32,000 bases of DNA from Bdellovibrionales bacterium (GTDB lineage: Bacteria > Bdellovibrionota > Bdellovibrionia > Bdellovibrionales > UBA1609): positions 210,001-242,000 of the forward strand of contig OZ252021.1 of assembly GCA_965247685.1 (NCBI GenBank). Reading direction: 5' to 3'. Under the pieces are notes generated by a model that had not been told where the DNA came from, made no database searches, and was given only the letters and a program-made list of their open reading frames with translations. Each line of letters opens with the position of its first letter. The first letter of the stretch is position 1. Both the position numbers and the translations under genes were made by a program. Positions 25,366-31,987 of the stretch are shown one piece after another.

Positions 25366-25407
25366 AATTTAGCACAATAAAAATTTCTAAACCATGTAAT
25401 TATTACA
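25366..25407 (-). promoter_or_regulatory. Palindrome plus -10-like hexamer upstream of the hendecad-repeat gene at 23841-25310
   Basis: On the coding (minus) strand: TGTAATAATTACA (25395-25407), then 23 nt, then TAAATT (25366-25371) preceded by TGC (extended -10-like). The ATG is about 55 nt further on. Confidence 0.5.
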
Positions 25408-25415
25408 CTTTAATA

Positions 25416-25667
25416 TTACTGTTGTTGTCTTTCTATTTCTGTTAATTCCTCTTTAAACCATTCTTGAATGATTCGATTCTGATCTTGATTCTCTTGATAT
25501 TGATACCATAGCATAATAGCCACTCCTCCAATTCCAACTCCTACTCCACTTAGAACAAATTTTTTCGCATAAGAAGGTGGAATGTGTAATTTATTTAATG
25601 AAGCAAAATATGCTTGAGACAGTGGAGATTTGATGAACTTAAAAGATTTTAAAATAAGGGAAAAAAG
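25416..25667 (-). pseudogene. Truncated copy (C-terminal 83 codons) of the 273-aa membrane-protein gene
   Basis: Aligns with 27882-28133. It translates to FSLILKSFKFIKSPLSQAYFASLNKLHIPPSYAKKFVLSGVGVGIGGVAIMLWYQYQENQDQNRIIQEWFKEELTEIERQQQ*. It has no start codon and no upstream part, and it ends at a junction with tsaC-derived sequence. Confidence 0.8.
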
Positions 25668-25946
25668 AAGAAATCTCTGATCTAGTTACATCCCATCTTC
25701 CTACGGTAGCAGTACGAATACCTTCTCATTCTTTGACATTGAAGCTTTTACAACAGACTCAACTACTTTTAGCAGCGCCTAGTACTAACTTGTTTTCAAA
25801 AATAAGTCCCACTCGTGTTAAGAAATCTTTCTCAAAATTCTGTAGGTTACGTTGTGAGAACTTATCCATTCAAATATAAAAATGATGCTTGGAGAGCTGT
25901 CTGGAACCGTCTTGAAAAAGCTTCTTCCAAAACCATTAATCTTTAA
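25668..25946 (+). pseudogene. tsaC fragment copy with an internal deletion
   Basis: 25668-25817 aligns with tsaC 23174-23324, and 25818-25946 aligns with tsaC 23723-23851. About 398 nt of tsaC are missing between the two pieces, and there is no 5' part. Confidence 0.8.
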
Positions 25947-27693
25947 AACTATTTTGGAGAGAATCTAAAGTATCACGGACATCCCTTTGATATTGCTTTC
26001 TTACTTTATCCATTTCATATGTAGATTCAAAACCGATGTAAACTACATCTCCTGCGATAACAGCATAAGCAGAAACACCAGCTAAAGAGACAGCACCAAT
26101 ACCTACACCGCGTGCGATACGACCTAGTCTGTGGAAGAAAGATTTTCGACCTTCTAACACTTGATTGGTGACTTTTTTCAAGTCTTCTCCTGCTTTCCTT
26201 ATCTTCATCTCTTCTTCACTAACTTTAACATCTTGAGCTGCACTTGTTTTTGGATCAGATGTTTGACTCCTGTCGACATTGTTATCAGCTGCACTTGTTT
26301 TTGGATCAGATGTTTGACTCCTGTCGACATTGTTATCAGCTATGGCAAGTTTTCTTTGTTCATACTCTTCAGCTATGGCAAGTTTTCTTTGTCCATGCTC
26401 TTCATCTATGGCAAGTTTTCTTTGTCCATGCTCTTCATCTGTGGCACTTTTTCTTTGTTCATACTCTTCATCTATGGCACTTTTTCTTTTTTCATACTCT
26501 TCATCTATGGCACTTTTTCTTTGTTTATATTCTTCATCTATGGCAAGTTTTCTTTGTGGATCCGCTTCAGCTATCGCTACAGCTACGGCACGATCTTTTT
26601 GTGCAAACTCTTCAACCATGGCAAGTCTTCTTTGTTCATGCGCTTCATCTAGGTCAAATTTTCTTTTTGCATCCGCTTCATCTAGGGCAGACTGTCTTTT
26701 TGCATCCACTTCATCTAGGGCAGACTGTCTTTTTGCATCCGCTTCATCTAGGGCAGACTGTCTTTTTGCATCCACTTCATCTAGGGCAGACTGTCTTTTT
26801 GCATCCACTTCATCTAGGGCAGATTTTCTTTTTGCATCTTTCGCATCTGCTTTTTCTTGTCTTTTCGCTGCTGCTTCTTCTTTTTTCGCATTTTTCGCAT
26901 CTGCTTTTTCTTGTCTTTTCGCTGCTGCTTCTTCTTTTTTCGCATTTTTCGCATCTGCTTTTTCTTGTCTTTTCGCTGCTACTTCTTCTTTTTTCGCATT
27001 TTTCGCATCTGCTTTTTCTTGTCTTTTCGCTGCTACTTCTTCTTTTTTCGCATTTTTCGCATCTGCTTTTTCTTTTTTCGCATCTGCTTCTTTTTTCGCT
27101 TCTGCTTTTACCACTAGGTCATCAATTTTTCTTTTTTGTTTATTCATTTGTTCAAATAGGACTGTGCTCTTTTCTGGGTCAGCCTTCATAGCTTGGTCAA
27201 GTATTCCTTGTTGAATCTTCACCGCTCTCCTTAGTTTTCTAAAAGAAGGTTTTTTATTAGGAGTTAAGAGTCGGACAGTACCTTTTCCAAATGCTGAAGC
27301 TTTATGTACCATATATGCAGTACTAATAGCTGCTGGCACAGCGATATATATACCACGCTCACTGTTTACACCAATCGCTTCATTCATCTGTTGGAATTCA
27401 TCTATAAAGACAGAAACTCCCTGTTTAAAAATCAACTCTATCCTATCTTCACCGTCTAATTGTTCAAAAGCAAGAGCTATGTTTTCCCATTTAGAAACTA
27501 TCGATTCTAATTGATCGAGATCTATATCTCCACCATTTGTTCCAAGATTATTCCTCACATCTTGTGCAAGCAACATAGCTAATTGATCGTCTAGTGACTC
27601 ATTCGGTTCTTCATTATTTTCTACGGCATTTGCTGACAAACTCAAAAGAATGATAGTGAATAAACTGACGAATAATTTTATTAAGTTTTTCAT
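25936..27693 (-). CDS. Signal-peptide protein with hendecad and 18-aa Lys/Glu/Ala-rich repeats and C-terminal glycine-rich hydrophobic segment (585 aa), paralog of 23841-25310
   Basis: The first 195 aa or so and the last 140 aa or so are almost identical to the paralog. The core differs: 4 x EKADAKNAKKEE(V/A)AAKRQ, 6 x DAKRQSALDE(V/A), 7 x DEEY(K/E)QRKSAI. Confidence 0.8.
   Translation of the reverse strand: MKNLIKLFVSLFTIILLSLSANAVENNEEPNESLDDQLAMLLAQDVRNNLGTNGGDIDLDQLESIVSKWENIALAFEQLDGEDRIELIFKQGVSVFIDEFQQMNEAIGVNSERGIYIAVPAAISTAYMVHKASAFGKGTVRLLTPNKKPSFRKLRRAVKIQQGILDQAMKADPEKSTVLFEQMNKQKRKIDDLVVKAEAKKEADAKKEKADAKNAKKEEVAAKRQEKADAKNAKKEEVAAKRQEKADAKNAKKEEAAAKRQEKADAKNAKKEEAAAKRQEKADAKDAKRKSALDEVDAKRQSALDEVDAKRQSALDEADAKRQSALDEVDAKRQSALDEADAKRKFDLDEAHEQRRLAMVEEFAQKDRAVAVAIAEADPQRKLAIDEEYKQRKSAIDEEYEKRKSAIDEEYEQRKSATDEEHGQRKLAIDEEHGQRKLAIAEEYEQRKLAIADNNVDRSQTSDPKTSAADNNVDRSQTSDPKTSAAQDVKVSEEEMKIRKAGEDLKKVTNQVLEGRKSFFHRLGRIARGVGIGAVSLAGVSAYAVIAGDVVYIGFESTYEMDKVRKQYQRDVRDTLDSLQNSFKD
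26236..26337 (-). repeat. 51-nt tandem repeat x2
   Basis: The same unit as at 24141-24242. Confidence 0.9.
26338..26568 (-). repeat. 33-nt coding repeats, about 7 units (DEEYxQRKxAI)
   Basis: CAGCTATGGCAAGTTTTCTTTGTTCATACTCTT-like units with a period of 33 nt. Confidence 0.85.
26640..26837 (-). repeat. 33-nt coding repeats, about 6 units (DAKRQSALDEV)
   Basis: TGCATCC(G/A)CTTCATCTAGGGCAGACTGTCTTTT with a period of 33 nt (for example 26668 and 26701). Confidence 0.9.
26838..27075 (-). repeat. 54-nt coding repeats, about 4 units (EKADAKNAKKEEVAAKRQ)
   Basis: TTTTTCGCATCTGCTTTTTCTTGTCTTTTCGCTGCTGCTTCTTCTTTTTTCGCA with a period of 54 nt (for example 26891 and 26945). The + strand here is strongly pyrimidine-rich. 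Confidence 0.9.
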
Positions 27694-27748
27694 ATTAATT
27701 ACACTCCCTATAATAATTTAAAAACAACCCCATAATAATCAGATTTCA

Positions 27749-27790
27749 AATTTAGCACAATAAAAATTTCTAAACCATGTAATTATTACA
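27749..27790 (-). promoter_or_regulatory. Palindrome plus -10-like hexamer upstream of the hendecad-repeat gene at 25936-27693
   Basis: On the minus strand: TGTAATAATTACA (27778-27790), then 23 nt, then TAAATT (27749-27754). Confidence 0.5.
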
Positions 27791-27860
27791 TCATAACATT
27801 AATGCTACAGTCTTGCTACTTCTTCTAATTCCTCTTTAAGCCATTAAAATTTCTAAACCA

Positions 27861-27873
27861 TGTAATTATTACA
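27861..27873 (-). promoter_or_regulatory. Orphan copy of the palindrome
   Basis: TGTAATTATTACA. On the minus strand it is followed by only 15 nt of the leader (TGGTTTAGAAATTTT), and then by a short remnant resembling the 3' end of the 273-aa gene (27812-27845). Confidence 0.4.
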
Positions 27874-27881
27874 TTTTAATA

Positions 27882-28691
27882 TTACTGTTGTTGTCTTTCT
27901 ATTTTTGTTAATTCCTCTTTAAACCATTCTTGAATGATTTGATTCTGATCTTGATTCTCTTGATATTGATACCATAGCATAATAGCCACTCCTCCAATTC
28001 CAACTCCTGCCCCACTTAGAAAAAACTTTTTCGCATAAGAAGGTGGAATGTGTAATTTATTTAATGAAGCAAAATATGCTCGAGACAGAGGAGATTTGAC
28101 GAACCTAAAAGATTTTAAAATAAGGGAAAAAAGTTTCTCCATCGCCACCAATTCTAAAGCATAAAATCCAGTGCTTCCTAAAATATCAACAATTCGAATA
28201 GTTTTGGCAAAACCACCTATCTCATCTTGATCCATAGTCCCTAAACAATCTATTGCCCCTTGCTTAAATCCATCTGAACGGATGAGAAAAATTGTATATA
28301 AAGAATGGAACCAGCTTTCGAGCTCAAAAAATCCAGTATTCGTTTTTTCGAGATAGTCTGCTTTTTTCCCTCCAATAGCTGAAAAAGGCTGGGCTGCACC
28401 TTCATATAAAATATGCATCCAAGCTAATAGAGAAGAATCTTCTGAATCATATTGATCCTGTTCATTCAATTCACCTGATCCAGCAACCGTACGATAAACG
28501 GAACATAGACTTATGGTCATAGAATAAGCATCTTTTTCCACACTCATTCTATAATCGTATAGATCTTGTAAGACCTCATCTCCAAAATTTTTACGAGTTA
28601 CCTTTTGAATACTTTGCAATTCAGTATTTGATTGTGCTTGCACAGAAAATACAATGAATAAGGAAAAAATAAAATATAACAAACGAAACAT
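27882..28691 (-). CDS. Hypothetical signal-peptide protein with C-terminal glycine-rich TM segment (269 aa from ATG 28691; 273 aa from GTG 28703)
   Basis: The signal peptide is MFRLLYFIFSLFIVFSVQA/QSN, with AGGGAG upstream. The C-terminus has FFLSGAGVGIGGVAIMLWY followed by the tail QYQENQDQNQIIQEWFKEELTKIERQQQ. I recognise no family. Confidence 0.7.
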   Translation of the reverse strand: MFRLLYFIFSLFIVFSVQAQSNTELQSIQKVTRKNFGDEVLQDLYDYRMSVEKDAYSMTISLCSVYRTVAGSGELNEQDQYDSEDSSLLAWMHILYEGAAQPFSAIGGKKADYLEKTNTGFFELESWFHSLYTIFLIRSDGFKQGAIDCLGTMDQDEIGGFAKTIRIVDILGSTGFYALELVAMEKLFSLILKSFRFVKSPLSRAYFASLNKLHIPPSYAKKFFLSGAGVGIGGVAIMLWYQYQENQDQNQIIQEWFKEELTKIERQQQ

Positions 28692-28733
28692 CTTTAAAAA
28701 CACTCCCTGTACAAAAAAATGCAGTTTTAACGG

Positions 28734-28792
28734 ATTATACAGATTTTATTTAGAAAGACGTGTAAAAAAAGATATGTGTGTAAATTTTACAC
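28734..28792 (-). promoter_or_regulatory. Palindrome GTGTAAA-T-TTTACAC plus extended -10 (TGTATAAT) upstream of the 273-aa gene
   Basis: The palindrome spans 28778-28792 (core TGTAA-ATT-TTACA at 28779-28791). On the minus strand TGTATAAT lies at 28734-28741, 39 nt beyond the core. This spacing differs from the 21-23 nt seen at the other copies. Confidence 0.4.
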
Positions 28793-28793
28793 T

Positions 28794-29360
28794 CTAAATG
28801 TTGAAATCAACAACAGTAAACAATGAGATAGAAGCAGGCCTTCTCCACCAATTCTCTTGTCTAAGCATATACTGAACCCCCACTTCAATAAGAGCAGAGG
28901 TATTTCGATTCAACTGTATTAATTTATAAGCACTCAATACTTTTAAGTAAATAGGCCATTTTACTTTAGAGTTTTTGGCAAAACCTACTCCAAATAAAAA
29001 ACCAAAATAAAAAGGGGTTTTGCGATGCAAATGTGGAAAACGGAGGCCTGAATAGACATTAACAGATTTCATACGAGCCTGTAAATCTAACTCCATTTGA
29101 ACTCTAAAAATAGAGGAGGAGTACCAATTCTTATACTCTTTGCGGTAATCCATTTGGACAATAATCTCTTTTGCAAAAGTATTTGTGAAAGAATGAAAAG
29201 GACGAAATATCGGAACTCCTAAAGCAAAGTTGATGTTCTGAGAAGAAAACAATTTATTAGAAAAGTATTCATTTGCTCTGACATGAGAGCTAAAAAAAAT
29301 AGATAAGATGATTAAACTACTAGCCACAAAATTCAATTTCTTTTCCTTGAGCTGCGCCAA
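28794..29360 (-). CDS. Hypothetical exported protein (188 aa), possibly a small outer-membrane beta-barrel
   Basis: A TTG start at 29360 gives MAQLKEKKLNFVASSLIILSIFFSSHVRA/NEY (signal-peptide-like). It is rich in aromatic and alternating residues and ends VVDFNI. It overlaps the pyrC 3' end by 41 nt. The start is uncertain. Confidence 0.55.
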   Translation of the reverse strand: MAQLKEKKLNFVASSLIILSIFFSSHVRANEYFSNKLFSSQNINFALGVPIFRPFHSFTNTFAKEIIVQMDYRKEYKNWYSSSIFRVQMELDLQARMKSVNVYSGLRFPHLHRKTPFYFGFLFGVGFAKNSKVKWPIYLKVLSAYKLIQLNRNTSALIEVGVQYMLRQENWWRRPASISLFTVVDFNI

Positions 29361-30657
29361 TCACTTCACCTTCCTGCATAGCTCGTTGACCTTCTAAAAT
29401 CACAGTGTGAGGCCAACCTTCGATACTCATTCCCTCAAAGGGAGACCAACCACATTTATAAGATAACCAATTTTTCGTAATCTGCCATTTTTTCTTTGAA
29501 TCTATAATTGTAAAATTAGCTTTAAACCCTTTTTGAATCAAACCTCTATTTTTCATTTTGAACTTTAAATAAGGCTGCACCGCTAGTAATCGGACAATAG
29601 TTTGAAGATCAAGCCTTTTAAGGCTCCGATGATGGAGAAGAAGAGGCAACAAAGTTTGAACTCCTGGCATTCCAGACGGTGTCGCAGGATAAGTTTTATT
29701 TTTTTCTTCCAAAGTGTGAGGGGCATGATCAGAACCAATAATATCTACAACTCCGTTTTGCACTCCCCTCCATAAAGCGTGAAAATGCCTTTCAGATCGA
29801 ATGGGAGGATTCATTTGTGTTAATGTGCCAAGTTTTTCATAACATTCTGGAGCAGTTAAAGTAAGATGCTGAGGTGTCACTTCCACAGAAGCCACAGACT
29901 TATGCTGAGCTAAAAATTCTATTTCATCTTGAGTCGTGACATGAAGAATATGAACAGGTCGATTGTATTTTTCTGCAAACTGAACCAATTTTTGAGTGGC
30001 CAGTAACGCAGTTTGCTCATCTCTCCAGATACAATGAGAGTCCACTTGCCCTTCCACAATATAAGACTTTCTTTGATTCAGCCTGTCTTCATCTTCACAG
30101 TGAGAAGCCATCCTACGAGATCCATGTTGAACTACTTTTTCTAAATCTTTTTCTTGATCCACCAATAAATTCCCAGTGGAGCTACCCATAAATACCTTAA
30201 CACCACAACAAGCTGGTTGTTTTTCTAATTCATCTAATTGGTCAGCATTTTCAGGGCTTGCCCCCATATAAAAAGCATAATCACAATAAAATCTATTTTT
30301 TGCTCTTCTTCTTTTTTCTTCTAAGGCTTCAACGGATGTTGTAGGAGGAAAGGTATTTGGCATTTCAAAAACACCCGTCATGCCTCCAAGCAGTGCACTA
30401 CGACTTCCTGTTTCAAAATTTTCTTTATGTTCCATTCCAGGTTCTCTAAAGTGAACTTGACAGTCAAATAAACCTGGCAAGACATGAAGATTATGAGCAT
30501 TAAAAACTTGATGAGCTTTTTTTTGTTCAATAAAACCTATTTCAACAATTTGACCATCAGAAATACCAATATCGACCTGTTCTTCCACCAAGTCCAAAGG
30601 ATTCTCAGGACGAGAAATTAAAACCAGTCCGCCTTTTATTACTAAATCGAAGATCAA
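29320..30657 (-). CDS. pyrC: Dihydroorotase (class I, about 445 aa)
   Basis: It has PGLFDCQVHFREPG (the HxH metal site), TGSRSALLGGMTGVFEMPNT, VKVFMGSSTG and IGSDHAPH. I place the start at TTG 30657 (IFDLVIKGG..., typical of the DHOase N-terminus). The track ORF to 30762 adds 35 low-complexity residues. Confidence 0.85.
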   Translation of the reverse strand: MIFDLVIKGGLVLISRPENPLDLVEEQVDIGISDGQIVEIGFIEQKKAHQVFNAHNLHVLPGLFDCQVHFREPGMEHKENFETGSRSALLGGMTGVFEMPNTFPPTTSVEALEEKRRRAKNRFYCDYAFYMGASPENADQLDELEKQPACCGVKVFMGSSTGNLLVDQEKDLEKVVQHGSRRMASHCEDEDRLNQRKSYIVEGQVDSHCIWRDEQTALLATQKLVQFAEKYNRPVHILHVTTQDEIEFLAQHKSVASVEVTPQHLTLTAPECYEKLGTLTQMNPPIRSERHFHALWRGVQNGVVDIIGSDHAPHTLEEKNKTYPATPSGMPGVQTLLPLLLHHRSLKRLDLQTIVRLLAVQPYLKFKMKNRGLIQKGFKANFTIIDSKKKWQITKNWLSYKCGWSPFEGMSIEGWPHTVILEGQRAMQEGEVIGAAQGKEIEFCG

Positions 30658-30739
30658 AACCTCATTCCTTTTCGACAAAATACATATGAAACAGTTTAAA
30701 AAAAATATCTTATTCAAGCAACTGTTTATAGTATTTTTA

Positions 30740-31987
30740 CTATTGGCAATGGGAGTTATCATTGAGGCTTGATAAGCCTAATTGAGGCGCAAATTGCTCC
30801 CACTTCTGAAAGACAGAGGGATGACCTGAGCTTATATTTCCTAAACCTGCCTCAGCGTAAGCTAAATTATTCAATAAGCACTTATTTTTTTTGCAATTTT
30901 GGAAATAGTATACTCGCATTCTTTCCCATTCCGAAAGTTTCTCCCATTTGCTATTATTAAGGCCCAATGGAGGATCTTTTATTTTACTTTTTATCTTCCT
31001 AATATTACCGCTACCTGCATTATAGGCAGCCAAAGCTTTTCTCCAGTCATCATATGGCTCCTCCAAAGAAGATGCTTTTTTAGAACACCTAAATGAAGGT
31101 CTTTTACCTTTATTAAGAGATTTGTAATAATCTTTAACAATATCCATGCTGACTTCAAGACTTGTTTGAGGATCATTTAGGCATTGTGGTGCAGATAAAT
31201 TCCTTGGGCAAATTTTTTGAATTCGATTCTCATGAACACTTTGATAGATTTGAAAAGGTCCTTTACTTTTTCCATCATCTCCTAGAGGAGAGCATTTTCC
31301 AGAATTTTCCAAGTACATAATAGAAAGCATGAGTGCCGGAGGAACCTTTGACTGACAAGCTTTACAAACTAAAGTATTTTTAACATAGTTAGGAAAGTCA
31401 CTCGGTTGGCAATGATTACGAAAATTTTGAACTACTTGATTAGTAAAATCTTGATCCCTGCCACCAATACAAATTTTTGATCTTAACTTATTCTTTAAAT
31501 CTCTTTCATATCTCTCCACTTTTACAGCTTCACATTCTGTACACTGATCGATGGCTTCCGTATGAATATCACTTAAATCGGTACAAGAAGGTGTATCTGG
31601 TCTTTTGGATTCAACAAGAGCAACGTGATGTATGGGGCTACTAGTCACTCTAGTAGATGAATCTGAACTTTGTTCTGCGGAATTGTTAACAATATCTTCA
31701 GTCGAAGTCTCTACCGATTTTCCTTGCTCTACATCAATTCGACTATCTATTCTTTGTTCTGCGGAATTGTTAACAACATCTTCAGTCGAAGCCGCTACCA
31801 ATTTCCCCTGCTTTACATTAATTTGACCATCTGTTCTTTCTTCTTGAATAATATCGTCATCTTTTGTGTGCAAGAAAGAGTAATCTTGACTACTCTTTAT
31901 TTTCTTCTCTCTGTCTCTTCGACTGATTGTTTTATACTTTCGCTCGGTATCGGAATATTCCCAAGAACGCCAATTCTTATTCAACAA
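30740..31987 (-). CDS. Lytic transglycosylase (SLT domain) protein with repeat-containing N-terminal region and no obvious signal peptide
   Basis: The C-terminal half carries the three SLT motifs: MYLENSG (catalytic Glu-Ser region), GPFQI (the GLMQ equivalent) and LAAYNAGSGN. The N-terminus MLNKNWRSWEYSDTERKYKTISRRDREKK is charged and not hydrophobic. Confidence 0.75.
   Translation of the reverse strand: MLNKNWRSWEYSDTERKYKTISRRDREKKIKSSQDYSFLHTKDDDIIQEERTDGQINVKQGKLVAASTEDVVNNSAEQRIDSRIDVEQGKSVETSTEDIVNNSAEQSSDSSTRVTSSPIHHVALVESKRPDTPSCTDLSDIHTEAIDQCTECEAVKVERYERDLKNKLRSKICIGGRDQDFTNQVVQNFRNHCQPSDFPNYVKNTLVCKACQSKVPPALMLSIMYLENSGKCSPLGDDGKSKGPFQIYQSVHENRIQKICPRNLSAPQCLNDPQTSLEVSMDIVKDYYKSLNKGKRPSFRCSKKASSLEEPYDDWRKALAAYNAGSGNIRKIKSKIKDPPLGLNNSKWEKLSEWERMRVYYFQNCKKNKCLLNNLAYAEAGLGNISSGHPSVFQKWEQFAPQLGLSSLNDNSHCQ
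31668..31835 (-). repeat. 84-nt tandem repeat x2 inside the SLT gene (28-aa units ...QGK-V--STED-VNNSAEQ...)
   Basis: TGTTCTGCGGAATTGTTAACAA(T/C)ATCTTCAGTCGAAG recurs at 31671 and 31755. Confidence 0.85.

Noticed and set aside
24066-27214. Long + strand ORFs across the hendecad-repeat genes (24066-24422, 24235-24831, 26161-26652, 26244-27191, 26330-27214, 26857-27117).
   Set aside because: They are the antisense frames of purine-rich Lys/Glu/Ala repeats and so are free of stop codons by composition. Several mutually overlapping frames are open at once. Their translations are Phe/Ser/Cys/Leu low-complexity strings. The minus-strand frame has the signal peptide, conserved non-repeat domains and the shared promoter module.
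3460-30762. Longer N-terminal extensions offered by the ORF track (3460, 6588, 17409, 18100, 28703, 30762).
   Set aside because: Several of the track's M residues are GTG or TTG codons. In each case a downstream start gives the N-terminus conserved in paralogs or in well-known orthologs, has a better Shine-Dalgarno sequence, and removes overlaps with the neighbouring gene. The choice remains uncertain for ung and dppB.
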